Shown piece after piece: positions 10,816 through 20,208 of a stretch of 64,000 bases of DNA. Position 1 is the first letter of the stretch. Each line of letters starts with the position of its first letter. The notes below the pieces were generated by a model. That model was not told the DNA's origin. It saw nothing but the letters and a program-made list of their open reading frames with translations, and searched no databases. Source of the stretch: an uncultured Gemmatimonadaceae bacterium (GTDB taxonomy: Bacteria; Gemmatimonadota; Gemmatimonadetes; Gemmatimonadales; Gemmatimonadaceae); the NCBI GenBank assembly GCA_963740355.1, contig CAVUDW010000003.1, positions 2,496,001 to 2,560,000 on the forward strand, written 5' to 3'. A program made the position numbers and the translations under genes.

Positions 10816-12060
10816 TCAGTGCTCGGAGCCAGAACTGCGACGTAGCTCTTTCGGCAGCCGTTCCACGACGGAAGGCGAGTCGAGTGCGTCCGCGTTTGCT
10901 GGGCCCGCACCAAGATCGGTGAAGCGGCGCGCGGCGACGAGGACGCGGGCGTCGAACGAACCAACCGCCTTGTTGTAGCGTGTCACGGCTTGATCGAGTG
11001 AGGTGCCGACATCAGCCAGATGTGATGTGAACACGGCCAGTCGTTCCGACAATTCGCGGCCGAGTGCACTCACCTGTGCGGCGCTTTCGGCGACGCGCTC
11101 CTGGCGCCAGCCATAGGCCGCGGCGCGAAGGAGCGCGATCAGCGTGGTTGGTGACGCGATCAGGACACGTTGCGCGACGCCCGCTTCGAGCAGCGATGGA
11201 TCGCGTTCCAGCGCGGCGGCGTGGAAGGCTTCGCCGGGCAGGAACAGCACCACGAACTCCGGCGCATGTTCGAACTGCCGCCAGTAATTGCGATCGCTGA
11301 GCGCGTTGATGTGGCCGCGGAGCTGCTTCGCGTGCCGATCCAGTGCCGCGATGCGCGTCGGTTCGTCGGTCGCGTCCATCGCCGCCAGGTAGCCTTCCAG
11401 CGGGGCCTTTGCATCGACAACGATCGATGAGCCCCCTGGCAGGCGCACCACCATGTCGGGGCGCTGCACACCATCGTCGGTCTGCATCGTGAGCTGCGTC
11501 ACGAAGTCGCAGTACTCCAGCATTCCGGCCAATTCGACCACCCGCTGCAGCTGCAGTTCGCCCCACCGCCCGCGTGAAGACGGTGCACGCAGCGCCTGCA
11601 CCAAATCGCGCGTCTCGCGCCCCAGTCGATCGCTGACGCTGTGCACCTGCAGCAAGCGCTCGGCCACCTGCCCAAGTGCCTCGGTGCGATCGCGATCGAG
11701 TTGTGTCAGTCTCGTGTCATACGACGAAAGCAGCTCTCGCACCGGCTGCAGCAGCATCGCAATCGTCTGCTCACGCTGCTCGGCATGCGCCGCACCATCC
11801 GCCTGCAGCGCGGTGAGCTCGGCGCGCGTCGAGGTCAGAAACGCTTCCTGCGAGTGCCGCAGTGCATCGGCCGCGATCGTCTCGAACGTCGCCCGCATCG
11901 TCTGCTGCGCCTCACCCAGCGCGGCCACCTGCGCGCTATTCGTCGCCACCAACCCCGCCCGCTCCGCCGCCGCCACCCGTCGCGCTGCCACCCACATCAT
12001 CACGCCGCCGAGCACCAGCCCCGCGATGAACACTCCCAGCAGCATCAACGAATCAGTCAC
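10816..12060 (-). CDS. rmuC: DNA recombination protein RmuC
   Basis: N-terminal TM and coiled coil, RGRWGELQL, QRPDMVVRLP, IVVDAKAP, FVVLFLPGE, SPTTLIALL. Confidence 0.95.
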   Translation of the reverse strand: MTDSLMLLGVFIAGLVLGGVMMWVAARRVAAAERAGLVATNSAQVAALGEAQQTMRATFETIAADALRHSQEAFLTSTRAELTALQADGAAHAEQREQTIAMLLQPVRELLSSYDTRLTQLDRDRTEALGQVAERLLQVHSVSDRLGRETRDLVQALRAPSSRGRWGELQLQRVVELAGMLEYCDFVTQLTMQTDDGVQRPDMVVRLPGGSSIVVDAKAPLEGYLAAMDATDEPTRIAALDRHAKQLRGHINALSDRNYWRQFEHAPEFVVLFLPGEAFHAAALERDPSLLEAGVAQRVLIASPTTLIALLRAAAYGWRQERVAESAAQVSALGRELSERLAVFTSHLADVGTSLDQAVTRYNKAVGSFDARVLVAARRFTDLGAGPANADALDSPSVVERLPKELRRSSGSEH

Positions 12061-12082
12061 ACATCACTCGGCCTTGAAGGCG

Positions 12083-12566
12083 ACAGCGAATCGCAGAGGC
12101 GCAAAGGCGCAGAGAGACGCAGAGGAACTGCAACTGCATAACGCAGAACAGAACAGCCGCAGAAGGGAACCGTCGCAGAACCGCAACTGCAACTGCAACT
12201 GCGGAACTGCCTTGACGCAAAACAGCTTGGGGTGCGGCAACAACCGCAAAACTGCGAACAGCCGCAAAACTTCTCGCGTAGGGCGAATCGTCAGTGAGCG
12301 CGAGTCCCAGATTTTTTGGGGGAACAACGCGCCCACCGATCATCCGCTTCCGAAGCCCTTTACCAAAGCAGTGGCAGTTGCTCTTGCCGTTCCTCTGCGT
12401 CTCTGCGCCTTTGCGTTTCGCAGTTGCCGTTTTGCGGCAGTCGGAGTTCCCCGCGGCCGTCGCCGTACCGCAGTCTTCCGTTTTGCGTCAAAGCAGTTCG
12501 CAGGTGCGGTTGCAGTTCTGCGGCTGTTCCGTTCCGCGGCTGTTCAGTTCTGCGTTAAGGCAGTTG
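12083..12566. repeat. Repeat family A copy 1: ~480-bp imperfect palindrome with conserved core (reverse orientation)
   Basis: Left arm GCAGAGGCGCAAAGGCGCAGAG..AACTGC..TAACGCAGAAC..CTTGACGCAAAA is mirrored in the right arm. The core at ~12310-12392 is the reverse complement of the cores at ~21765-21847 and ~26460-26540. Confidence 0.9.
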
Positions 12567-12593
12567 AAGATCTTGAAGCATTGTGGAACAGAA

Positions 12594-13376
12594 CTACTTG
12601 CCGATGTACGGAAGCAGTGCGCCGATCATTGGAACGGCTGCATAGCGACGCTTGCCGAGCACTCCGCCGATGGTCAGGCGGACGTAGGCGCCTTTGAGGC
12701 CGAGTTCGGGGGCGCCGACGACCTGTTCCGGGCCGGAGCGCCACTTCGTGTCGCCGAGCGTCGACATGTAGCCGGCGCGGAGACCGACGGACATCAGCAG
12801 GTTCGGCCACTGCGGCTGGAAGATGCGATCGAGGCCGACACCAACATGGCCTTGATAGCGGCGCGCGGTGATGTCGATGTTGCGGCCACCCACCGACGAG
12901 ATGTCACGGAAATTGGTGATGAAGTCCACCGCACCATTCCGTCGCAGCGTCACCGTCGTGTTGCTGAGGCCAACACCGGCCAGCGGGTAGATCAGCGTCT
13001 TCTTCGCCAGCACGATCGGGATGCCGAGGTCCAGTGCGCCGTAGGCACCGCTCGTCTCCGTCGTGTAGTTCGTCGCCGCGGCGCGGTTGGGGAAATACGT
13101 GTGGCTGCCCGCCAGCACCATGATGCGATCCCAGCGCATCCAGGTCTCGACGCCGAGTGTCAGCAGGTTCTTCTTCAGCAGCCCGCGACCTTGCAGTGAC
13201 AGCTGGTCGTTGAAGGCCTTGCTATCGAAGCCGATTTGGCCGAACTGAATGCTGATGCCAGAAACGGGCGGAAGCACCGAAGTGTCCGCAGAGATCCCCT
13301 GTGCCGCCAGGACACCGGCGGTCGCTGTGAGGGCGAGCACGGTGCCGACGGCGCGGCGGAGCGATGTGGCGATCAT
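12594..13376 (-). CDS. Secreted hypothetical protein, probable outer-membrane beta-barrel
   Basis: Signal-peptide-like N-terminus (MIATSLRRAVGTVLALTATAGVLAAQ) and alternating beta-strand pattern; ATG overlaps the VKOR stop. Confidence 0.55.
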   Translation of the reverse strand: MIATSLRRAVGTVLALTATAGVLAAQGISADTSVLPPVSGISIQFGQIGFDSKAFNDQLSLQGRGLLKKNLLTLGVETWMRWDRIMVLAGSHTYFPNRAAATNYTTETSGAYGALDLGIPIVLAKKTLIYPLAGVGLSNTTVTLRRNGAVDFITNFRDISSVGGRNIDITARRYQGHVGVGLDRIFQPQWPNLLMSVGLRAGYMSTLGDTKWRSGPEQVVGAPELGLKGAYVRLTIGGVLGKRRYAAVPMIGALLPYIGK

Positions 13377-13849
13377 GTCGGTTCTTGAATCGGTTCTTGA
13401 ATGGGGGATCCCGTCCTGGGCAGCGCTCGCACCCGACGCCAGTCGAGTGTGACGAGGATGGCGTCCAGCGTAATCGCCACCGCCGACACGGCACACCACG
13501 GACAGAATGACTTGAGGATGATGAATTCAGCGTACTTCAGCCGCAGCGTGAAAATCACTGCGCTGTAAATCAACACCATCAACACCGTCGTAGGCCACGT
13601 CGCATTCTCGAACGCTTCGGTCGTGCCCGCCAGCGCGACCACCACCACCGTGGCATAGCCGATCGCGCCGATGAGGGCGACGTCCACCCCCATGAACCAG
13701 CCGTAGCGACTGCCCTGCACGTATTCGCACCCATGGCTGTCGCCCACACAGCCCAGTCGGCCCATGTACCCCATCTTCCAGAGCGCCAGATACAGCGCCA
13801 CCATGCAGGAGGCGAGGCTGATGAGGGCGATCAGTCGGCGGTAACTCAT
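13373..13849 (-). CDS. Vitamin K epoxide reductase (VKOR) family disulfide-formation protein
   Basis: Four TM segments, loop Cys pair GCVGDSHGCEYVQGSRYG, active-site FCPWC. Confidence 0.9.
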   Translation of the reverse strand: MSYRRLIALISLASCMVALYLALWKMGYMGRLGCVGDSHGCEYVQGSRYGWFMGVDVALIGAIGYATVVVVALAGTTEAFENATWPTTVLMVLIYSAVIFTLRLKYAEFIILKSFCPWCAVSAVAITLDAILVTLDWRRVRALPRTGSPIQEPIQEPT

Positions 13850-14104
13850 GTCGGGGGGCGGAGGGTCCGGAGGTCGGTCATCGGGGCATGATGTACCGTA
13901 CGAGGTGCGCCCGCTACTCCCGGGGCGTCGCCTGGCGTACCCTTCTGCTGTGGCAGGGATCGCCGGTGGCCTCTCGGATGTCACGTTGGAGGGCTGTAAC
14001 CGTCTTCCAATGGATGAGTCCGGACCCGATCAATAGGTTCGGGTTGGGGTATATCTGCCATCGGGGCCTGGCCCCGCGTTCTTCTCCCTGGAGTCTGAAT
14101 CTCG

Positions 14105-14857
14105 ATGCGCGCTACGAACCCAGTCCTGTCCCGCCTCGCCGAGGCGGCTCGCGACACCCTTTCGACCACCGCACGCGGCGACGCGATGACCCGGGCCGGC
14201 ACCGCCGGCAAGTCCATCGTCCTGCTCGCCTTGTGCGCCTTCTCGGCGTCCTTCACCTGGTCGCAGGTCGCTGCCGGCAACACCGGCATCGTCATGCCGG
14301 CCCTGCTGGTGGGTGGTCTCGGCGGCTTCATCATGGCGATGGTCGTCTCGTTCAAGCCCAACACCGCCCCGATCACGGCTCCCATCTACGCCGTGCTCGA
14401 AGGTCTCGTGCTGGGCGCGATCTCGGCACTCTACAACCTCAAGTACGCGGGCCTGCCACAGCAGGCCGTGCTGCTGACCTTTGCCGTCGCACTCGGTGTG
14501 TTCACGCTCTACCGCATGAACATCCTCAAGGCGACCGAGGGCTTCCGACGGATGGTCGTCGGTGCCACGATCGGCATCGCCGTGTTCTACCTGATCAACA
14601 TCGTGCTCTCGTTGTTCAACGTGAACATGGGTTACACGATGTCGTCGAGCCCGATTGCGATCGGCATCAACCTCGTCATCGCCGGCGTGGCCGCGATGAA
14701 CCTGGTGCTGAACTTCGACGACATCGATCAGGCCGTGCGGATGGGCGCGCCGAAGAAGATGGAGTGGTATGGCGCCTTCGGTCTGATGGTGACGCTGGTC
14801 TGGCTCTATCTCGAGTTGTTGCGACTGCTGTCTCGTATGCAGGGCGGCCGGAAGTAA
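14105..14857 (+). CDS. Bax inhibitor-1/YccA-like membrane protein
   Basis: TNPVL, APIYAVLEGL, LNFDDI and EWYGAFGLMVTLVWLYLELLRLL. Confidence 0.88.
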   Translation: MRATNPVLSRLAEAARDTLSTTARGDAMTRAGTAGKSIVLLALCAFSASFTWSQVAAGNTGIVMPALLVGGLGGFIMAMVVSFKPNTAPITAPIYAVLEGLVLGAISALYNLKYAGLPQQAVLLTFAVALGVFTLYRMNILKATEGFRRMVVGATIGIAVFYLINIVLSLFNVNMGYTMSSSPIAIGINLVIAGVAAMNLVLNFDDIDQAVRMGAPKKMEWYGAFGLMVTLVWLYLELLRLLSRMQGGRK

Positions 14858-14889
14858 TCGCAAGCCGCTCACACGTAGTCGAGTACGGC

Positions 14890-14920
14890 AACGGGCGCTC
14901 CTTCGGGGGCGCCCGTTTTT
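14890..14920 (+). terminator. Rho-independent terminator
   Basis: Stem AACGGGCGCTCC / GGGGCGCCCGTT with a TTCG loop and a T run, 32 nt after the stop. Confidence 0.85.
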
Positions 14921-15041
14921 CCGTGGGGTCTCTGCTTAAAACATCAGAGGTCTTCCGCACGCGACCAAATGGGCGCATCGTCGAAGAGGGCTACTCCGGA
15001 CAATAGGGTCCGAACGCCTGCCGCGCCGAAGCGGAGGACCA

Positions 15042-15515
15042 ATGAATCGTCGATCAATCACCCGGCTGAAGCCACTCCTGATGCCGGGATTCAGTGCCAT
15101 GCTCGCGTTGTTGTCTCTCACCTCCGCGCCGCTCACTGCGCGCGCGATGGGCCACGCACTCGCCAAATGGAGCGCCGAACTCGCGCCGCCCGGCGGTGTG
15201 ATGGGCCCCCATGGTTCGGTCGTCGTCGAACCAGGCAACAAGCCCAATCACACCCGTGTGCGCGTCGTGATCAGCGGTGACACACCCGGTGCGCTCAGAC
15301 CGTGGCACCTGCATTCCGGTGTCTGTGGTGAACAAGCCCCGATCGTCGGCCCCGAACAGTCGTACGCCCGCATCCGCATCAACGCCCGCGGCAACGGCGT
15401 CGCCGTCATCGACCTGCCCATTCCCTTCCCTGAAGCGGGCGCGTTGTTCGTCAACGTGCACGAATCATTGAAAGCGATGGAAAACATCGTGACCTGCGGG
15501 CAATTGGCGCGCTGA
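15042..15515 (+). CDS. Secreted Cu/Zn-SOD-like or CHRD-like small beta protein
   Basis: Signal-like N-terminus; PWHLHSGVCG, VNVHES and VTCGQL motifs. Confidence 0.55.
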   Translation: MNRRSITRLKPLLMPGFSAMLALLSLTSAPLTARAMGHALAKWSAELAPPGGVMGPHGSVVVEPGNKPNHTRVRVVISGDTPGALRPWHLHSGVCGEQAPIVGPEQSYARIRINARGNGVAVIDLPIPFPEAGALFVNVHESLKAMENIVTCGQLAR

Positions 15516-15608
15516 TCTCCTCCGGGTTCTCCGCTGTTCCTCTCGCAGTTGCGGTTCGTGCTCGTCGCGAACTACAACTGCGAATCGTTTCTGGGTACTG
15601 AAGCGGCG

Positions 15609-16300
15609 AACTGCAACTGCGAACTGCAACTGCAACTGCAATGGGGGGGGAGGCCACGGAGCTCACGGAGTGCTCCGGTAGCAACCGTCGTACAACCGCT
15701 GCCTTCCTGGCATTGAAGGGAACTGCAACTGCGAACTGCAATGGGGGGGGAAGGCCACGGAGCTCACGGAGTGCTCCGGTAGCAACCGTCGTACAACCGC
15801 TGCCTTCCTGGCATTGAAGGGAACTGCAACTGCGAACTGCAATGGGGGGGAAGGCCACGGAGCTCACGGAGTGCTCAGGTAGCAACCGAGGTACACCTGC
15901 CGCCTTTCGGGCATTGAGGGGAACTACGAGGTGTGGGTCGGCGGCTGTGGCTGTTCCCTCAACAGCTATGCATCGCGAAGCACAAATGGTTGCCAGCCGA
16001 GCACTCCGTGAGCTCCGTGGCCTCCCCCCCATTGCAGTTGCAGTTGCTGTTCCTCAAAAACTCTCGCGAAGCACCAACGGCCGGAAGCCGAGCACTCCGT
16101 GAGCTCCGTGGCCTCCCCCCCATTGCAGTTGCAGTTGCTGTTCCTCAAAAACGCTCGCGAAGCACTGACGCTCGAATGCCGAGCACTCCGTGAGCTCCGT
16201 GGCCTCCCCCCCATTGCAGTTGCAGTTGCTCTTCCTGAAAATCGCTCGCGAAGCACCAACGGCCGGAAGCCGAGCACTCCGGAAAACCGAATTGCAGTTG
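15609..16300. repeat. Repeat family B: three forward ~100-bp units facing three (plus a partial) inverted 91-bp units
   Basis: Core AACTGCAATG7-8(A)AGGCCACGGAGCTCACGGAGTGCTC at ~15635, 15735 and 15836; its reverse complement starts at 15999, 16090, 16181 and (partial) 16272. Confidence 0.95.
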
Positions 16301-16373
16301 CCGTTTGGTCGCTCCGCTAACTTGAAGTGCGCTGCATCCGGCGCCACGAACCAGAGCCTACAACTGCAGCCGC

Positions 16374-17273
16374 GTGCGATCAGCGTCCCGTTTCGTCTTT
16401 TTGGTCAACGCCGCCGCCGGGACGGGGAAGGCGCCGAAGCGACTGGACGAATTGCTCGGCAAATATCCGGCGATCGCCGCCCGCGCGCGCATCGTCCGCA
16501 GCTCGTCGGCGGCCGAGCTGGATGCGACGCTGCGACTGGATGACGACGAGGTGCCGGTTGCGGTGGGTGGCGATGGGTCGATGAATGCGCTGGTCACACT
16601 GCTCGACCGACGCGGCGAGTTGCAGCGAACGCTGGCGCTGGTGCCATTCGGGACCGGCAATGCGACCGCACACACGCTCGGCCTGCGCTCGGCGGAGATC
16701 GCGTTCGGGGCGCTGGAACGCGGCGTCACCGGCTCGATCGACATCATGCGCACCTCGATCCCCGCAGCGCCGATCGCACTCGTCAGCTGCAGCACCGGCT
16801 TCGAGTCGAACTTCCTCAAGCGCTACGCCGCACTCCGGTACTCATCGAAGCAGTGGGCCGGCGTCAGCGCCTTGATGCTCAACGTGCCGAAGCGATTCAG
16901 CGGCGTGTCACTCTCGATCGACGGCACCGAGTGGGTGCACCCGACCGAGATGATGCACAACGTCGGCGTCTACAACATCCCGCACTACGCCTTCGGCAAG
17001 GTGATGTGGCGCGGCATGCTGGCTGACGATGGTCTCGCCATCGCCGCTGCTGTGACGTCGCCACTCTGGTACTGGAACCTGATGGCGCTCGGCGTCAACG
17101 CACCGCTCGAGCACAACACCTCCGAGACCCGACTGCCGGGGGTGCGCACCATTCGCTGGCACACCGCCGAACTCCGCTCGCCGCTGCGGCTGCAAATCGA
17201 TGGTGAATCGATCGATGCGAACGAAACGACACTGGTCGTCGACTCGCGCGCGGTGACCGCAATTCGCGCATAG
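16374..17273 (+). CDS. Diacylglycerol/lipid kinase (DAGK_cat, YegS-like) family protein
   Basis: LVNAAAGTG, VAVGGDGS, VPFGTGNA, LQIDGE. Confidence 0.88.
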   Translation: MRSASRFVFLVNAAAGTGKAPKRLDELLGKYPAIAARARIVRSSSAAELDATLRLDDDEVPVAVGGDGSMNALVTLLDRRGELQRTLALVPFGTGNATAHTLGLRSAEIAFGALERGVTGSIDIMRTSIPAAPIALVSCSTGFESNFLKRYAALRYSSKQWAGVSALMLNVPKRFSGVSLSIDGTEWVHPTEMMHNVGVYNIPHYAFGKVMWRGMLADDGLAIAAAVTSPLWYWNLMALGVNAPLEHNTSETRLPGVRTIRWHTAELRSPLRLQIDGESIDANETTLVVDSRAVTAIRA

Positions 17274-17280
17274 CTCGGTG

Positions 17281-18948
17281 CTATTTCATGTAGTCGAATG
17301 TGAAGCCTGTTCCGACCACGAAGAGCCAACCCGCAGGCTCACGATCGGTCTTGAACCGCCGCACCAGATCGAACCGTGACGCACCGATGTTCGCCGCCGA
17401 ACGAATCGGGGCAGTACGTAACCCGATGCCCGCATCCTTCCCATCGCGGCGCGGCGAGCCGTTGAACCACGCACCACCGGTCTCGGCGAAGAGCGCCACA
17501 CCGGCCGCGAAACTCTTCGCGATCTGCGGAAAGACCGTCCAGCGATACTCGACCACCGAATACCGCTGACGATCGCCCGTGAAGGCGTGCAGCTGGTAGC
17601 CACGCGGACCTCGCGACAATCCGAGGTCGAACTCTTCGCCAGGATATGGATTCTTGTCCCACCCCAGGCTGCTGAACGCCACCAGCAGATGTTGCGGGTG
17701 CGGCTGCAGCGCGACCGTTCCCGACACGACCGCCGTACCGCTGTCGATTGCGCCAGCACTCGCCAGTCCATTCACACGCGCCGTCAGTTGTGCGAAGCCC
17801 TTGGGAAATCGCAGCCCTGTCTGGGCCGAGATCTCCGGCCCCACGTACGACTTGTCGTAGCCAAAGACACTCGGCGCGACCGCGATGCCGAACCGGATCG
17901 TCGAACTGAGATTGACGTCCTCCGGCTGACCGAGCATGCGGTAGTTGCGAGTCAGCAGATAGTTCGCGCGACTCAGTTCGACGAATGGCGTCACCGCGCC
18001 GGTAACCGTGCGACCGATTGCCACCACGGTGTCTCGCCGCGGCGCGAAGTTGTCTCGACGGACCTGCGCGTCGGCGCCAATGCGCACATAGCCGAGCGGT
18101 GACGCACGTACCGCGTGTGAGATGCTCACCTCACCGAGTGTGTAGCGTCGATCCAGTGAATCGACAGCTCGCGGATCACCGTTGCGGAAGCGCAGGACAC
18201 GTCCGTCCGATGTCACGAATCCGATGCGGGCGGCGTTACGGGACGAGAGCGAGAAATACGGCTGCTCGACGACCGCGCCCGCACTGCTGCCGTCGGAGAG
18301 CCGATTGACGAAGAAGGCAGTCGAGATGCGATTGGAGAAGATGCGTGGTGCACCGAACGCGAGCCGCATCAACGAGCGATCGGGATCCTGCACGAACCGC
18401 GCGTCGAGCGTGGCAGCGAGACCGAGGAAGTTCGTCTCCAGCATGCCGATGCTGTAGAGCTTTTGCCGGCCCGTGCTGCGGTAGGTGGCGTACGGCTTGG
18501 TCGTCCAGCCGTCGCGCGTCGTCACGCGCAGTGTGGTGCGATCGGCGCTGGTATCGACCACCACATCGCGAAACACCTGCAGGCGGCGGAGGTTGCGTCC
18601 CGTCTCCGCCGCACGCGCCGAGTCGAGCGGATCGCCGGGGTGCAGCAACAGTTCACGTTCGACGACGGTGTTCAACGTGCGCACGTGCAGCTTGTTCGCG
18701 AGGCGCGTGTACCAGGAGGTCGCGTCGGTCGAGTCGAAGATGTCGTGACGAACGATGATCACCCGTCGCAGGCGGGGTCCTGAATCGACTGCCGCCTGCG
18801 CGGATGCTTGAGACACTGCCTGCGCGTGCACGGCGACAGGCAGCGCCACCGTGCAGGCGACGAGCATCGCGCGGACCAGCGGCACATGCGACGGCTGCGA
18901 CGGCAGCAAGGAACGAAGCGACGGTCTGGGCGAACGAATCGGCAGCAA
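17281..18948 (-). CDS. Outer-membrane Omp85/BamA-TamA-like protein (POTRA-like N-terminus plus barrel); start uncertain
   Basis: LHVRT..VVERELLLHPGD..AETGRNLRRL (POTRA-like), ETNFLG, GPRGY loop motif, C-terminal GFTF. Confidence 0.7.
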   Translation of the reverse strand: MLPIRSPRPSLRSLLPSQPSHVPLVRAMLVACTVALPVAVHAQAVSQASAQAAVDSGPRLRRVIIVRHDIFDSTDATSWYTRLANKLHVRTLNTVVERELLLHPGDPLDSARAAETGRNLRRLQVFRDVVVDTSADRTTLRVTTRDGWTTKPYATYRSTGRQKLYSIGMLETNFLGLAATLDARFVQDPDRSLMRLAFGAPRIFSNRISTAFFVNRLSDGSSAGAVVEQPYFSLSSRNAARIGFVTSDGRVLRFRNGDPRAVDSLDRRYTLGEVSISHAVRASPLGYVRIGADAQVRRDNFAPRRDTVVAIGRTVTGAVTPFVELSRANYLLTRNYRMLGQPEDVNLSSTIRFGIAVAPSVFGYDKSYVGPEISAQTGLRFPKGFAQLTARVNGLASAGAIDSGTAVVSGTVALQPHPQHLLVAFSSLGWDKNPYPGEEFDLGLSRGPRGYQLHAFTGDRQRYSVVEYRWTVFPQIAKSFAAGVALFAETGGAWFNGSPRRDGKDAGIGLRTAPIRSAANIGASRFDLVRRFKTDREPAGWLFVVGTGFTFDYMK

Positions 18949-19157
18949 CGGATCGGGGAAAACGTGAGAGAACGGGACCTGCCCGCGCTCTGCGGTCAGT
19001 TCTAGCCGACGACCAAATCAGGACTGGCGTCAGCGGGTGAACAAGGCGAACGAGCGGGCCACGCGAAACGGGCGTCCGCGTCGGGGAGCGAAACCAGCCC
19101 TGCAACCCTCGCGTACCCCCTCGTGTCGTATAGCGCCACCACACACTGGAGTTCCCG

Positions 19158-20105
19158 ATGACGTCGCTCTCCCGCATCACCCGCCGGTTCACCTTCGGCC
19201 TGTCGATCGGCGCCCTCGCCGCGGCTTCGCTCAACGTCGGATCACTCGGTGCCCAGGTCGTGGGCCGTTCCGAGTCCACCTGGACGCTGCGCGAGCGTCT
19301 CTCGAGTGGCGACCGGCTCCGTCTCGTCTCGCCGAATGGTGCGATCACCATCGCCCAGGGCGGTGGGTCCGAGGTCGAGATCCGCGCCGAGAAGCGCGCC
19401 GACCGAGGTGCGCGGGTCGAGGACATCGGGTTCGTGGTGCGGAAGACCGCTCGGGGTCTCACGGTCTGCGCCGTCTACGATGACGAAGACGAGTGTGATG
19501 CCGAGGACGGCCAGTCGCGCCGCCGCAATCGCCGCAATCGCGATGGCTGGAACAGCCCGCGCGCCAGCTTCATCGTGCGTATCCCCGCCGGCGTGCTGGT
19601 GAAGGCGACGACCGGCAATGGTGATGTCTCGATCACCGGCGCTGGCAGCGAGGTGATCGCGCACACCGGCAACGGTCGAGTACTGGTCTCCGGCACCGGC
19701 GGCAGCGTGCAGGCGCATACTGGCAACGGCAAGGTGACGGTCGAAGATGCACGCGGCCCCGTCGAGGCGACCACCGGCAACGGTGACGTCCGCGTCGCCA
19801 CCAGCATTGGTCCAGTGACTGCGACCAGCGGCAATGGCGACATCGATGTCACCATGGACCGTATCGAGCGCGCCGAAGCGATGAAGTTCCACACCGGCAG
19901 CGGTCGCATCACGGTCGCGTTGCCGTCGGGTTACAACGCCGACCTCGAAGCCTCCTCGGGCAACGGCACGATCTCCAGCGACCTCCCCGTCCGCATCGAA
20001 GGCCGCCTCTCCCCGCGCCGCATGCGCGGCACCATCGGCTCCGGCGGCGACCTCATGGAGCTCTCCACTGGCAACGGCGACATCGAGATTCGGAAGTCTC
20101 GATAA
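19158..20105 (+). CDS. DUF4097-like beta-strand-repeat secreted protein
   Basis: Signal peptide and repeated (T/S)GNGxV motifs. Confidence 0.85.
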   Translation: MTSLSRITRRFTFGLSIGALAAASLNVGSLGAQVVGRSESTWTLRERLSSGDRLRLVSPNGAITIAQGGGSEVEIRAEKRADRGARVEDIGFVVRKTARGLTVCAVYDDEDECDAEDGQSRRRNRRNRDGWNSPRASFIVRIPAGVLVKATTGNGDVSITGAGSEVIAHTGNGRVLVSGTGGSVQAHTGNGKVTVEDARGPVEATTGNGDVRVATSIGPVTATSGNGDIDVTMDRIERAEAMKFHTGSGRITVALPSGYNADLEASSGNGTISSDLPVRIEGRLSPRRMRGTIGSGGDLMELSTGNGDIEIRKSR

Positions 20106-20108
20106 GTT

Positions 20109-20203
20109 GACAGCGAATCGCAGCCTAGATCTGGCAGTTTTGCGGCCGTCGCTGTTCCCTGCGGCAGGTGCAGTACCCTGAGCAGTTTTGCGTCACGGCA
20201 GTT
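20109..20203. repeat. Partial repeat family A arm
   Basis: GACAGCGAATCGCAG also occurs at 12082 (near-identical at 21640). 20133-20203 is the approximate reverse complement of 21568-21640. Confidence 0.8.
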
Positions 20204-20208
20204 ACGAA

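Noticed and set aside
4410..12697. Long antisense ORFs (4410-5657, 7446-8504, 11453-12697)
   Set aside because: They are shadows of well-supported genes in high-GC DNA and have no recognisable motifs.
13379..13402. 12-bp tandem duplication at the VKOR 3' end (PIQE x2)
   Set aside because: Short in-frame slippage duplication with no further structure.
15609..16300. CRISPR array
   Set aside because: The intervening sequences are near-identical within each arm rather than unique spacers, half the units are inverted, and there are no cas genes.
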